Positions 40,626 through 53,410 of a DNA stretch of 64,000 nucleotides are shown here, piece after piece (the first letter of the stretch is position 1; each line of letters begins with the position of its first letter). The DNA comes from Sphyrna mokarran. Its lineage: Eukaryota. Under the pieces are notes generated by a model that worked only from the letters and a program-made list of their open reading frames with translations, was not told where the DNA came from and made no database searches. The DNA lies in the NCBI GenBank assembly GCA_024679065.1, contig JAGIQG010000023.1, positions 10,106,001 through 10,170,000 on the forward strand. Direction: 5' to 3'. The translations under genes were made by a program, and so were the position numbers.

Positions 40626-43419
40626 AAATGTATTTTATTAGGAGCAAGTTATTGCTGCTGTTGTTGATTTCACAAATGAGTTAATAATAAAAAATAAACA
40701 TGTTTCTCCAACCAAGGCTGTGATCAATGAGAGTTCTAACTTTAGATTCACTCAGAGTGAAGTTCTTACCCATGTGTAATGGATTGTACTCAGAGTTCTG
40801 AATTTTCCAGTTGGTTTCAACATTTGATAATTTTTTATTGAATGTAGAATTCTGTGAGTGATGACTCCAACCTAAATAAGCACCAATTTACAGCAATATT
40901 CCATTAACTCCTCAAATTCTTTAATGGTTGATGAGAAAGGCAAAGAGAGAGATTGACATTGGAAATAAATGTGGGTTCATGTTTGCTGCATCTTGCAATG
41001 TTCATGGTTTGAAACTGCAAGAAAAATTTGTTGCTGTCCTCAGGGTGGGGTGAGATAGAAACCCTATGAATGTACAATAGCTGTCAGATACCAAATACAG
41101 AGCTGTGTTTGCAGCAGTGAGAAGATCAGCATTGATATGGAATTTATTACAGGAAAACAGCAGGGGGGGTTTTGCTGCATTTCTTGCTGTACAAGACAGT
41201 GGCAGACCTCCATCTTGTCAAGCGAAATTAGTAATGGCGAAACATACTGTTTGAGCCAGGAATACTCATTTCCCATGAAAACTAAACAACAATAAAACAA
41301 GTTTTTAAGTTCCTGAACAAATTTTAAAATCTCCAGTAATGGGTAGGTCACATAGTAGGACAACTAGGATTTCCCTCTCTGTATGCCAGTGTTGGAGGAC
41401 AGGGCTAGTTGGCATCCTCTGCCCATTGAGCACTGCACAAGTGAAAGGGACCACCTCTGCTTCAAGACTCTTTTCCCCCTGTAAATTGTAGCTACCATCC
41501 TCCCTGATGCTAGCACTGACTCACTGGCGAGTCCTCCCCATTCAGCTCCTGTTTGGACCTTCATCGTTAGCTCGTTCCAAGACTGACTGCAATCCCTGCA
41601 GTGACCATTGCTCGTGATGGCGCTGCCGAGACTGAAGTGCTGCCAACCCCCTGATTAGCCAGCAAGTCTCCTGTCCCTGCCGAAACAGCGCCACAGTGGA
41701 CAAGGCAAGAACTGCAGCCAGAGGCCCTACACCAAGGGCAGGAACCGGAGGAAAAGGTCAGAGGTCCCAGGTCCGGCAGCAGAAGGAAGCCATGATGGGT
41801 TGTGAGCAGGGTCCAGAGAGGACGCTGGGATCAATGGGGTAGAAGGAGCGATGTCTAGTGGACCCCAGGTGACCCATTTATGAGGGTGAAGATAGAGGCT
41901 CTAGTCAGAGGGAACTTCTGATTGTGGTGCACATCCAATTCCCAACTTAGATCAAACTTGGATGATTTCCAGCTTTTATCAACAAAGTTCATAAGAATCT
42001 CAAACTAAAACAACTTGTATCCGTTTGGAAAAAAAAATTCTCCATTGACAATGAGTAAAACTATGCGCACTTAGGAACAATAGCAAAAATTTAAATAGTA
42101 TTACATGAGATATACTATACAGAAACAGGCCATTCAATCTGTCTTTTTTTTATAATCCGCAGGAGCCCACTCTTACTCCACCTGTAGCTTATCTTTCTCA
42201 TAGAATCCTGATAGTGCAGAAGGATCCTGGGATTAGTATTTATAATTCTGCTTCCTCATTCTAATGAGGAGATTGCTATGAAGCTCCAGGAGGAAACCTA
42301 TGCAGACACAGGGAGAACATGCAGTCCTCACACAGACAGTGACACAAGCTGGGAATTGAATCCAGGGTCCCTGGTGCTGGGAGGTAGCAGTGCTAACCAC
42401 TGTGCTGCTGTACATCCTCATTTTTCTGTTCCCTTTTCTCTGACAAAATCACCTACTTCACTCTTAAAAGCATCAAAACTATTTGCCTCAGTCTCTCGTG
42501 GTAGAAATCTCCACAGTCTATCATCACTCTCCGAGTCATGTTATTGCTTCTTATTCCCCTGTTGGATACATTGGTAACTATCTTGTGTTAATCATCTGTC
42601 AAAAATGGGAGTATTTTCTTTGCAAGTGCCCAATCTAACGTATTCAGAATTTTAAAGACCCCTGTCATGTCTCTACTAAATCTTCCCTTTTCTAATGAAA
42701 ACTACCTGCCTGTCTAATCGTCCCTGTGACTGCACCATTCCCATTCTAAAACATCCTTGTAAATCCTTTTTGTACTTTATCCAGCATCTGTTTGTCATTT
42801 TTATAGTCCAGGTACCACTTGTGCAAGGTGCTATAAGTACAGTCTAACTAGGGTTGTCCAAAATTTGGCTACTTTTGAATTTGATCCCACTAGAATTAAA
42901 TCTCAATGCTTTGTCAATATTTTAATTTTTTTGCTGACCAGTTATTTGGCTTCTAATTACTTGTTAACCTGTCCCTCTAGATTTTCTTGCCCTTCTAACT
43001 CATTTCAGAAGCTTATTTTCTAAGGTAGAGATTGTTTATTATTTCAAAGTGCATCATCTTGCATTTATCTGGAGGAAAGTTTCTTTGTTACTTACCGACC
43101 CAGTCTGCAACTTTTCTAATCGATTTCTGTATGATGTTATAATCTGCCTAAGTGACAGCCATACACTCAATTTTGACATAACTTGCACATTTTCACAGGG
43201 TTACTTATTCCCAAGTCTTATTATTTATATACATCATACTTAGCAGTGTTTTCCGTCCTGATTATTGTAGAACATCACTTTTTATCTTCTTCCAATCTGA
43301 ACAACTATTCTTTTCTCATCCCCCCCTCCTCTGATATTTATTTTTTTCACCAATTTTCAGCTACTAGTTGAAAGACAGTGACGTTGTGCTATTGTCCCTG
43401 GGCTAGTAATCCAGGGACC

Positions 43420-45180
43420 CTTATCCTAAAAACACGATCCCTGGTTCTGGATTCCCTTACCAATGAGAACATTCTTTCCTAATCTACCCTGTCTCACTCT
43501 GTTAGGATTTTATAAGCTTCAATGAGATTACCTCTCTCTCTTCTAAACTCCAATGAATATAATCCTAATGGATATAACCTCCCATCATCTGACAGGAATT
43601 AGTCTGGTCAACCTTTGTTGTATCTCTTTATCACATGTGCATCCTTCTTTCGATAAGGAAACCAGCACTGCACACAATGCTCCAGGTGTGGCCTCACTTA
43701 CACCATACACAAATGCAGCAAATCATTCACATTCCTATATTCAAATCCTTTCACTCTGAAGGCCAATATACCATTTATCTTCTTTACTCCCTGCCGTACC
43801 TGCGCACTCACTTTCAGTGACTGATGCACGAGGACACCAAGGTAGTGCTGAGTATTCACCTCTCTCAATTTACACCCATTTGAATAATAATCTGCCTTCC
43901 TGTTATAATCCAGCTCAGAAGTTTCAAGGTATTTTGTGAAGTTGGCTTGGACAATAAGTTTTGCATTTGAATTTGGCTAGGGTAAGCATGACATGTTTCA
44001 ATTCAAATCTGATTCAAATAACTCCCTAGGGACCTTTTATCAAACAAAGTTTATTTAAGAATACAGTTAATACATAAAAAAAGCAATAACTTTTACCTAT
44101 TACAAACAAAAAGAAAACAATCATAATATTATATCAATCTTAACAATTAAATGCACTATTCCAATTTAAGAAAACTCATTCAAAGCATAGACTGCCACAG
44201 GTTTACACAGAAAATGAGAATGCTCACTTGATGCTGGAATTTAGTCCTATGGTTAGATTGCGTAATTTTCTTGACGTAGCATGGACAAGCTTGAAGCTAA
44301 AATATCTTCTCAAAACACCAGGGAGAGGGAAAGAGAAAATAAAACAATAAAAGCAGCAATAAAAGCACTTCTAAGCAAGCAGCTGATGCCACAACAAAAA
44401 CGAGAGGCCAGCTTGCAAACTGCAGAGAACATGATTTTTTTAAGAAAACATTTCTTAAAGGTACAATAGTGTCACATTTTTATTATTGCTACTAAAGTGG
44501 ATAACCTTACATTTATCGACATTATACTGCATCTGCCATGTCTATCTAATTGCGCTGAAGTATCTCTGCATCGTCCTCACAATTTACCCTCCCACTCAAC
44601 TTTGAATCACTTGCACACTTCGAGATAATACACTTAGTACACTCTTCCAAATCGTTAATATATAGCATGAATAGTTGGGATTCTCACACAGACCCGTACA
44701 GTATCTTGCTAATCATTGCCTGCCAATTGGAAAAAAAACATCCATTTATGCCAACTGTTTGCTTCTGATCTGCTAACCAGCTTTCTATCCATCACAATAT
44801 ACTACGTTCAAACCCATATGCCCTAACTTTACATAGTAGTCAGCCATATGAGACCTCATCAAAACTCTTCTGAAAGTCCAAATAAACTACATCTACCAGT
44901 TCTCCATTGTCAACTCTAGTAGTTCCTCCTCAAAGAATTCCAATGTATTCATCAGGTATGATTTCCACTTTGTCTAATTATACCATTGTCTTCCAAATGC
45001 TGAGAAATGAAATGGACTCTGATAACTTTCCCAGCACTGACATTAGGCTCAGTGGACTATAGTTTGCTGCTTTCTCTCTACCTCCCTTTTTGAGGCTTGC
45101 ATTAGCTACCCTCTAATCTGTAGAAACAAGTCCAGAGTCCAACTAGTTTTGGGAAACGTCCACCAGTGGATCTATTATTT
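43420..45180 (-). mobile_element. Degenerate antisense CR1 LINE with an LTR-like insert at 43901-44476
   Basis: CR1 RT-like sequence (ctctgaaagtccaaataaac, aaagtggataacc) continues across the insert. Confidence 0.65.
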
Positions 45181-45386
45181 CCAGGGAATCAGGACCAGGA
45201 GCTCACTGTTAACTGATTAAGTATGACAATAAACCAAATTGGCAGCAGCAATAAAACTCGTGGGAACTACTCAGAGAGTACAGGCGAATTGACAAAATAA
45301 GTTTGTGGACAGTTCATCACAGATAAAATTTAATTAAAAAGTAAGAAAGAATAATATTCATCACATGCTCTTCATCAATACTTTTC

Positions 45387-45661
45387 CTAATGAGATACGT
45401 TAGCATATATTGCCATTTTAGACTCATCAAAGTTTGTGTGTTTTCTTTGGGGGCTATCATTGAACCTTGACTCATCCTTGTGATTAACCCAGTGCCTCGA
45501 CCTGTTAACTCCTCAAGCTTTTGAACCTGCAGTGCTGCATTTGTGACTCCTTCCTCATTGTTAATGAAATGGACAGTTTGCTTGCCGTGTGTTTCTGCTG
45601 AGTTCCCTCGATTACGCTTTACATTGGCAGACACAATGTTGTCTTCTACAACTGCCAATTG
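45387..45661 (-). pseudogene. Decayed ITIM exon of gene C (inverted paralog of 4669-4944)
   Basis: Acceptor retained. ITIM Tyr codons read TCT (IVSANV) and AAT (VTNAAL). 275 nt versus 276 nt: a 1-nt deletion near 45441-45444 shifts the third motif (AIYANV) out of frame. Confidence 0.85.
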
Positions 45662-47224
45662 CTGCAATATAGAAAATAAAGATCCAGTTTATTTCCATTT
45701 AACTTGAATGGTGATTTGTGGAGAAATCGATTTCTAGATTATTGCAAATGACATTAGTGAACCAAATAGGTTTTTATTGCAATCGACAATAGTTTTATGA
45801 TCATCATTAGATCCTTAATTCCAGACTTTTATTGAGTTCTGCCTTGGTGGGATTTGAACCCAAGTCCCCAGAAGATGATTCTGCATCTCTAGATTACTAA
45901 TCCAATACCATTTCATCAGTACCTGTTATTAATGACGGTCCACTATTTATGATCACTGTTTTTGGTCTTGCCTGCAAGTGGAAATATCTTTGTTATCTCT
46001 ACCTGAATCTTGAAGATCTCAACCAGACCATTAATTAGACAAATCCAGCTTGCTGAATCTAACCTTCAATTTTTAATTTTCCAAGGCAGAATGAGAAAAG
46101 GAGTTTTGCTGCCATTCTGCGAAATTGTACCTCGCATCCTCAGCAGACCAGATGAAGCTTTCAGGATTTTAAATCAGCCTTTATTCACCCTGTTGTAAGG
46201 GAGTTTGCATCCCAGAAGGTGGCATACTGACACAGAGTACGCAGTATTATAACTTTGCATATGTTATATGTAATTCTCATACACCAATCACAAGTATACA
46301 TTCGTTCAGAAATCATTAATATCCAATTACAGACAATAGATCTGACTACATCATTTATGTCAGGTGAATATAATTAACCAGGTATACCCTCTGTATTTAA
46401 AGTTGGTTATGGTCCAGTCACGAGGCCCCTGAAGGATTGTGCAATAAAGGGGCAATGGGACCATACCAAGTCGATATTCTCTGCTGTTCAGCAGGATGTG
46501 AAATGATCTCATTGAAAATTTTTTAAAAATCTTAATTGAATTCATAGGGCAGATATGAGAAAATGTTTCCTCTGACTGGAGAATCTACAAGACAGAGTTC
46601 ATAAGACCACAAGAGCATATGATATAGGAGCAGAATTAGACTATTCAGCTAATTGAGTCTGCTCCACCATTCAATCATAGCTGATTAGTTTCTCAACCCC
46701 ATTCTCCCACCTTTTCCCAAAAATCTATGATCCCTTCACCACACATTAATCTATCTATCTCTGCCTTAAATCTGTCACAGTCCTCGAGCACAGTTTGGGC
46801 CCATTTACTGAGATTGGATGAGGATACAGAAGGTTCTGTATCTTTGGAATTCTCTGTTGCAGAGAGCTGTGAATGCTTCACCATTGAGTACATTCAAATT
46901 AGACATCAATAGATTTTTGGGAGTTTGAGGAACTAGGCTGTCATACTGAAAGATCACTACAAGATTTCTCTCACACAGCTAACCAAAGAAATGACTTGGG
47001 GCGGAACTTTCCCAGTCTGTCCTCATTGCGAATTGTAGCAGGCGAGACAGCGAATTTGGTGGACCATTTTAAAGGTCCGTTGACCTGGGATGGGAACTTC
47101 TAATCTTGGAGTGTACTTAACCAAACAAATCTCGATCTTGGACTTACCTAAATCTACATGATCCTATTGAATGGCAGGGAGACTCGATGGGCTGAATGGC
47201 CCACTCATGTTCCTGTGGTCTTGT

Positions 47225-48635
47225 AGAACATAGAACATTACAGCGCAGAACAGGCCCTTCGGCCTTCGATGTTGCGCCGACCAATTATGAAAAAAGCAAT
47301 GACCCTCCAAACTAAACCATTCCCTTCTCTTCCATAAACTTATCAACTAACCTCTTAAACGCACCAAACTTGGCGCATCTACAACTGCCGCAGGCAGGGC
47401 ATTCCACTCCCTAACCACCCTCTGGGTAAAGAACCTACGTCTGATATCCGTCCTATAACTATCACCCCTTACTTTAAAGCTGTGTCCCCTCGTGCTAGCT
47501 TTCTCCATCCTAGGAAAAAGGCTATCACTGTCCACCCTATCTAAACCTCTAATCATCTTATATGTTTCGATAAGGTCCCCTCTTAGCCGCCTCCTTTCTA
47601 ACGAAAACAACCTCAAATCCCTCAGCCTCTCTTCATAAGACCTGCCCTCCATACCAGGCAACATCCTGGTAAACCTCCTCTGTACCCTCTCCAATGCCTC
47701 CACATCTTTCTTATAATGTGGGGACCAGAACTGCACACAATACTCCAAGTGCGGCCGCACTAGAGTTTTGTACAGTTGCAACATGACGTTGCGGCTCCGA
47801 AATTCAATCCCCCTACCAATAAAAGCTAAGACTCCATATGCCTTCTTAACAACCTTATCGACTTGACTGCCTACTTTCAGGGATCTATGCACAAATACAC
47901 CAAGATCCCTCTGTTCATCAACACTATTAAGAATCCTACCATTAGCCCTATACTCTACACATTTATTATTCCTGCCATAGTGCATTACCTCACACTTTTC
48001 CACATTAAACTCCATTTGCCACCTCTCGGCCCAGCTCTGCAACTTGTCCAAGTCTCTCTGCAAACTATAACACCCCTCTTCACTATCTACCACTCCACCG
48101 ACTTTAGTGTCATCTGCAAATTTACTAATCCATCCTTCAATACCCTCATCCAGATCATTTATAAAAATTACAAACAGCAGGGGCCCAAAACAGATCCCTG
48201 AGGTACACCACTTGTAACCGAACTCCACGATGAATATCTCCCATCAACCACCACCCTCTGTCTTCTATCTGCTAGCCAATTCCTAATCCAATTAGCTAAA
48301 TCACCCTCAATCCCATACATCTGCATTTTCTGCAGAAGCCTTCCATGGGCCACCTTATCGAACGCCTTACTAAAGTCCATATATACCACATCAACTGCCT
48401 TACCCCCATCCACCTCTTTGGTCACTTTTTCAAAAAACTCAATAAGGTTAGTAAGGCACGACCTACCCTTCACAAAACCATGCTGACTATCCCCAATCAA
48501 TTCATTTCTCTCTAAATAACTATAAATCCTATCCCTAATAATTCTCTCCAATACTTTGCCCACAACAGAAGTGAGACTCACTGGCCTATAATTCCCTGGA
48601 AAGTCTCTCTTCCCCTTCTTGAACAATGGGACCAC
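47225..48635 (-). mobile_element. Young 5'-truncated CR1 LINE (RT domain)
   Basis: PGNYRPVSLTSVVGK...SQHGFVKGRSCLTNL...YMDFSKAFDKV...GVPQGSVLGP...ISKFADDTK, with one frameshift at ~48190 and an (agaacat)n tail. Absent from the paralogous gene 0 intron (~965). Confidence 0.95.
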
Positions 48636-48869
48636 AGTCTTATGGTTTCTATCATTCTAAATCTGTGTTGAGTTTCACTTGCTCCAGAGTTTACAGGGTT
48701 ATTTGTTGTTTTCAAACAACAGTAACAACTTCAACATTTTCCATGTTTAGTACAAGTACATTAGAAGGTGCAGGATCCCAAAATCAGAAATGCTTGTTGA
48801 TTGCAGCATATTAGTCTTTAGAAAATGATTGTAACATAACAAAATGATTCTGGGGAAAAAGAAATTCAT

Positions 48870-48892
48870 CCTTGTCGATTTGCCTCTGATAC
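48870..48892 (-). pseudogene. Remnant of the gene C TM exon (last ~23 nt only, donor GT>AT)
   Basis: Reverse strand gtatcagaggcaaatcgacaagg|ATgaatttc aligns to gene 0 gtaccggaggcgaattgacaagg|GTgagtttc, and the following intron is homologous. The upstream hydrophobic part is replaced by LINE-like sequence. Confidence 0.8.
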
Positions 48893-50658
48893 TTGACCAG
48901 TCCATTGATATCATTTTGCAGCCGATAGCAATCTTTCTCGCTATCTACCGCATGAGTAATTTTCATGTTGATACTCTCTACTTTACGCCTAAATCATTAA
49001 TATATGCCACAAAATGCAGGGGACCTCCCGCTGAGCATTGGAACAAATCCAGTCACAGACGTCAACAATCATCTTTTGTTTCCAGCCACAATTGATTCTT
49101 GACCATTTGTTTACGGAAGTGGGTTTTGAAATTATATAGCGCTCTTCATGACCTTTGAATGGTCTAAAGAGCTTTACAATCTAGGAAGTACTTTTAAACA
49201 AACACCACCACTGCTGTTATATGGGAGATTGGCAACCAATTTGCACACAGCAAAATCTCAAATAGCAGTGAACTTTGACCAGATCAATATTGGCCATTTC
49301 TCTAGTGCTCTCCTTGTCTGCTTTTTCTATAGATAAGAAGTGACCTGCCGTGTATTTCCAGCAGCTTTTTCATCATGTTGATGTTTAGTTGATATTTTTT
49401 CCTCATCATCATTGTAACAATTTCTGATCTTTTTGTACATCCCAACTATGTTAGGGGTTGTGGGTTTTAACAGAAAAGGAAAAGACTTAGTTTGCACGCG
49501 TAGATTCAAACAAACACAAAACGCATTTTAATAAAGAGCTGCTCTCTGCACTGCATGAAGTATAAAAGTGTCAGTAACACAGCAGCCTGAACATGCACCC
49601 TAATGACATCACATCAAATCAACCCTTTTTAAAGCTCGCATCTTCATTATGAAGTGAACACAACAGCTTCTCGCCAAGGTTCCTGATCTGAAAGTATTGA
49701 AAAATGATGCCCAGTATCCCAGATCATCAGAGACTGGATGTATGACCCAAAATGTGTGTCAGAACCCTGCAGATGACCCAACATGATGACCTCCATGGGA
49801 ATTACTTGGGACATTGGAATTTCCAATGGACAATTCTGCTGTTTCCTGGGTCCGTCTGTGAAAATCTGTAGCTTTGGGTAAGAGCTTCAAACAATTATTG
49901 CATAATTATCCAGGAAATATTAGACTGAAAGAATCAAGTTTAATTTCTGAGTAGACACAGAACTAACTCCTGAATAATCACATTGATGCCCGATCTCCCC
50001 CAATCTTCTGATGAATTCCCTGACATATCATTTATCACCCCACATCTCTGACTATCCCATCTGACCTTGTACCTAAGCCACAAGCTGAGCCAATCCGATA
50101 TTCTCTCTGACTATCCTTGAATACCCAATGTCCAAATCTGATTAGCCCCTCAGGCCAAGCTACCCCTGTCAACCTGACATAATTACCACACTATTCATCT
50201 ACCATCTCATCAACCTACTACAACTTCATCCACTTGCTTCCCTACACATATACCACTTCACCTATCTGCACCCATTTTACATACTTATGACCTCACTCAT
50301 CTGTCTTCTCATCCACTTATCACCCTTGCCTCCAATTACCAACACATCTATACACTTGTCTCCCTATCCAGCTTACACTCTACCCACCTGTGGTCCTACA
50401 GAGTCCCAGTGGAGTTCTCTAAGGGACACTGCATTCCACAGATTTGGCGAATCTGGACTCAGAATATCAGACAAGAAATGCGGAGCTGAGTCGAGGATGG
50501 AAAGCTTCGAGTGGAATGGCAATCCAACAATGATTGCTGCTCTGTGACTGACCCAGGACAATAAATGATATCCATCCTTGTGCCTAAATTATTCAACAGG
50601 ATTTAATCCCTCAGACAGAAGTCATGTCATTTAAACACTAACAATAAAAACAACATAC

Positions 50659-50737
50659 CTTTTAGCAAGTTAGGAGTTTGGAGTTGAGGAATGTGTTGGC
50701 GATACTGTTAAAGCTTCACAAGAATTTTCAGGTCCAA
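50659..50737 (-). CDS. Gene C stalk exon with in-frame stop (CDS ends at 50670)
   Basis: ttttcttgtttcag|TT...AAAAG|gtatgt. 79 nt, phase 1 to 2 like the A/B stalks. Encodes VGPENSCEALTVSPTHSSTPNS*LAK, with TAA at 50672-50670. Confidence 0.8.
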
Positions 50738-52105
50738 CTGAAACAAGAAAATAATATACAGATCAGCCTCATTTTCATTGTCTTTAACTGAGAGAGCCAC
50801 ATTGTCAAGTGGCGCCTTGACCTAAGGGAGAACCTCATTGAGGAAGCACCTCATCTTGGGATGTGGGTGTCAGTGTTTAGCCCAGCAATTATTGCCCATC
50901 CATAATTGCCCTTGAGACGATGGTCATGAGATGCCTCTTAAACCACTGCAGTCCTTGTGGTGTAGGTACATCTACAGTGCTGTGAGGGAGAGAGCACCCA
51001 TCGCACCTGTGACACTCAAAACCAAACCACCTGACTATTCTAATCCCATTTTTCAACACATGGTCCATAGCTTTGTGTGCCTTGGCATCACGAGTGCACA
51101 TCTAAATAATTCTTAAATGTTATGAGGGTCTGGAAGGCACAAGTGAAATTTGCCTATTCCTCCTGGAAGAGGACTAGGCAAACATTTACATTTATCTCAA
51201 AGGACGTGTAGGTCAGCAGTTCAACCAGACAATAGCACTGTCAACAGCAGAGCACAATCTCCGTGCTATACAGGGATATCAACACCTTTCTCGGAAGGAG
51301 AATTTGAACTCACAACCCATTGGTTTCAGAAATCAGGCTGCTACCATCTGAGCCCCTTCTGACACTGACATATTAAACATTCAAACAGGTTAAAGTCCTC
51401 GTTAATTCTGAACTATAGTTAGCGTTTATGTTAAATTACTGAGTAATTTAATGTTTAGAACATGGAATTCTGAGAGTTTGAGCAGCATTTTGTGATGATA
51501 GAATTTTACGGCAAAGAAGGAAATTTGGTCCATTGCCCTCCATCGCTATGAAAGAATTTGCCATTCAGAATCATAGAATCCATGCAGTGCCCAAGGAGGC
51601 CATTTAGCCCATGGAGTCGACAGCGACACTCCCATTATTATGTCTTTTCCCCAAATCCTCCTAAATATCTGCTCCTTTTTTGCTTCCCCTTGTAAAAGCT
51701 ATTATTCATGCTGGTTCTAATGCAATCTATACCTTAATAATCATTTGCATCAATAAAATTCTCTCAATTTCTCCCGCTGTCCTTGTTGTGATGATCTTAA
51801 TGTATTCTCTCAAACAGTGACGCACTTACTAGTGGAAATAATAAGTCTCAATTTAACTAATCAAAGCCTCCAATAATTTTGAATAGATCTAGCAGATCTT
51901 GTCTTTCTGTTCTAATGAGCCTCTGCTGGTGTCAGCTATTGGTATCACTCTTGTGTCTGCATCAGACATTCTATACTCAAACTCTACTCTAGGACTCAAA
52001 AATCAAAGCTGACACTCCTGTGCAGTACTGAGGAAGTGCTGCACTGTTGGGGATGCAGCCTTTTGGATGGGATGTTGAACTGAGTCCCCAGTCTGCTTGC
52101 TCTAT

Positions 52106-52434
52106 GGGCAGCATGGTGTAACAGTGGTCAGCACTGCTGCCTCACAGTGCCAGAGACACCGGGTTCAATTCTGACGTCGAGTGACTGTGTGGAGTTTGCA
52201 CATTCTCCCCGAGTCTGCATGGGTTTCCTCCAGAGGCTTCGGCTTCCTCCCATAATGCAAAGACATGCAGGTTAGATGGATTGGTGAAGCTAAATTGCCC
52301 TTTAGTGTCAGGGGAAACCAGCTAGGGTAAATGCATGGGGTTATGGGGATAAGGTCTGGATGGAATCATCGTTGGCAGAGACTCAATGCACCAAATGGTC
52401 ACCTTCTGCACTGTAGAATTCTATGGATTCTATG
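52106..52434 (+). mobile_element. HE1-like tRNA-derived SINE nested in another SINE
   Basis: gggcagcatggtgtaacagtggtcagcactgctgcctcacag, B box gggttcaattc, tail gcactgtagaattctatggattctatg. Confidence 0.8.
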
Positions 52435-53086
52435 AATCTGCGCATGTATAAGATCTGTGGCACTCGATCTCCTGAAGAAATGCAGGAGCGTTATCCCAAA
52501 TCACCCGGCAATATTTATCCTCAATCAAAAACAGGTTCTCAGTTTGCTGTGTGCAAATTGGCTGCTGTGTTCCCTGCCTCACAACAGTGGCAGTGTTTCA
52601 AAAAGCATTTCATTGCCTGTGAAGTGCTTTGAGAAGTCAGGTGACTATAAAAATAAATGTGAGACATTCTTCCATTTCGTAAGTGAGACTTTTTAAGATG
52701 CTGTCATTTTATATCAGTATTTCAAATTTCTATCCTTACCATTCATCCAAAAGCAAGAGACATCAGCTAAAGATTGTTTTTCATAATTTGATCTCCAAGA
52801 AATGGGATCAGGAATGGTAAATGGAGATTTTATCAATCAAGTTCTGTTTAATTTTAAAGGGATTACTGCAACATTTACACGTTTGGGGAATATTTTATGA
52901 TCCTAATATTTTGAATCAATATTTTTTATCAGTAACTTTGTTCTGAATGGTTGATGGACAAAGAAGAATGAATTTTGTCAGTTGCAAATCATTCAGAGAG
53001 ACATTAGGAAGCAAACCAGAAACCAGAATAGACAAATGACAATAAATATTTCACTGACCACATTTTACATTTACACCATCACTTAC

Positions 53087-53410
53087 CAACACTGTTGATC
53101 TGTGTCACATAACTGCAATTCGCCCCTGATCTGTTGAACAGTGACACTGTAACCATTTCACTGGATTTGTCTCCCTGGTTATTTGAGGCTATGCAGTAAT
53201 ATTCATGACGTTGCTGTGTGAAGGATTGACAATGTAGATCCAGTTTATTGGTGTCAGAGATCTTTGAATCTTCAGGCAGGGTCTTCTCATACCATGTATA
53301 CTGAATGGGAAGTGATCCCTGGACAGACTCACAGGAGACGGACACTGAGCCCCCAGAACATGAGGCATTTGGTGGTGATAAATATCTAAGTTCAGGAACA
53401 GATACGGGTT
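53087..53410 (-). CDS. Gene C C2-like Ig exon (last unit)
   Basis: cttttgcccacag|AA...GTTG|gtaagt. 324 nt, phase 1-1, open. Confidence 0.9.

Noticed and set aside
45317-45667. 116-aa ORF as a functional Tyr-substituted cytoplasmic tail
   Set aside because: It lies downstream of the stalk stop and the destroyed TM exon, and its C-terminal part arises from a frameshift.
52740-52766. Possible 27-nt minus-strand micro-exon ADVSCFWMN in gene C (tttag...G|gtaagg, phase 1-1)
   Set aside because: The polypyrimidine tract is weak and genes A and B have no counterpart. The C2 exon already joins the stalk exon in phase. It needs cDNA evidence.
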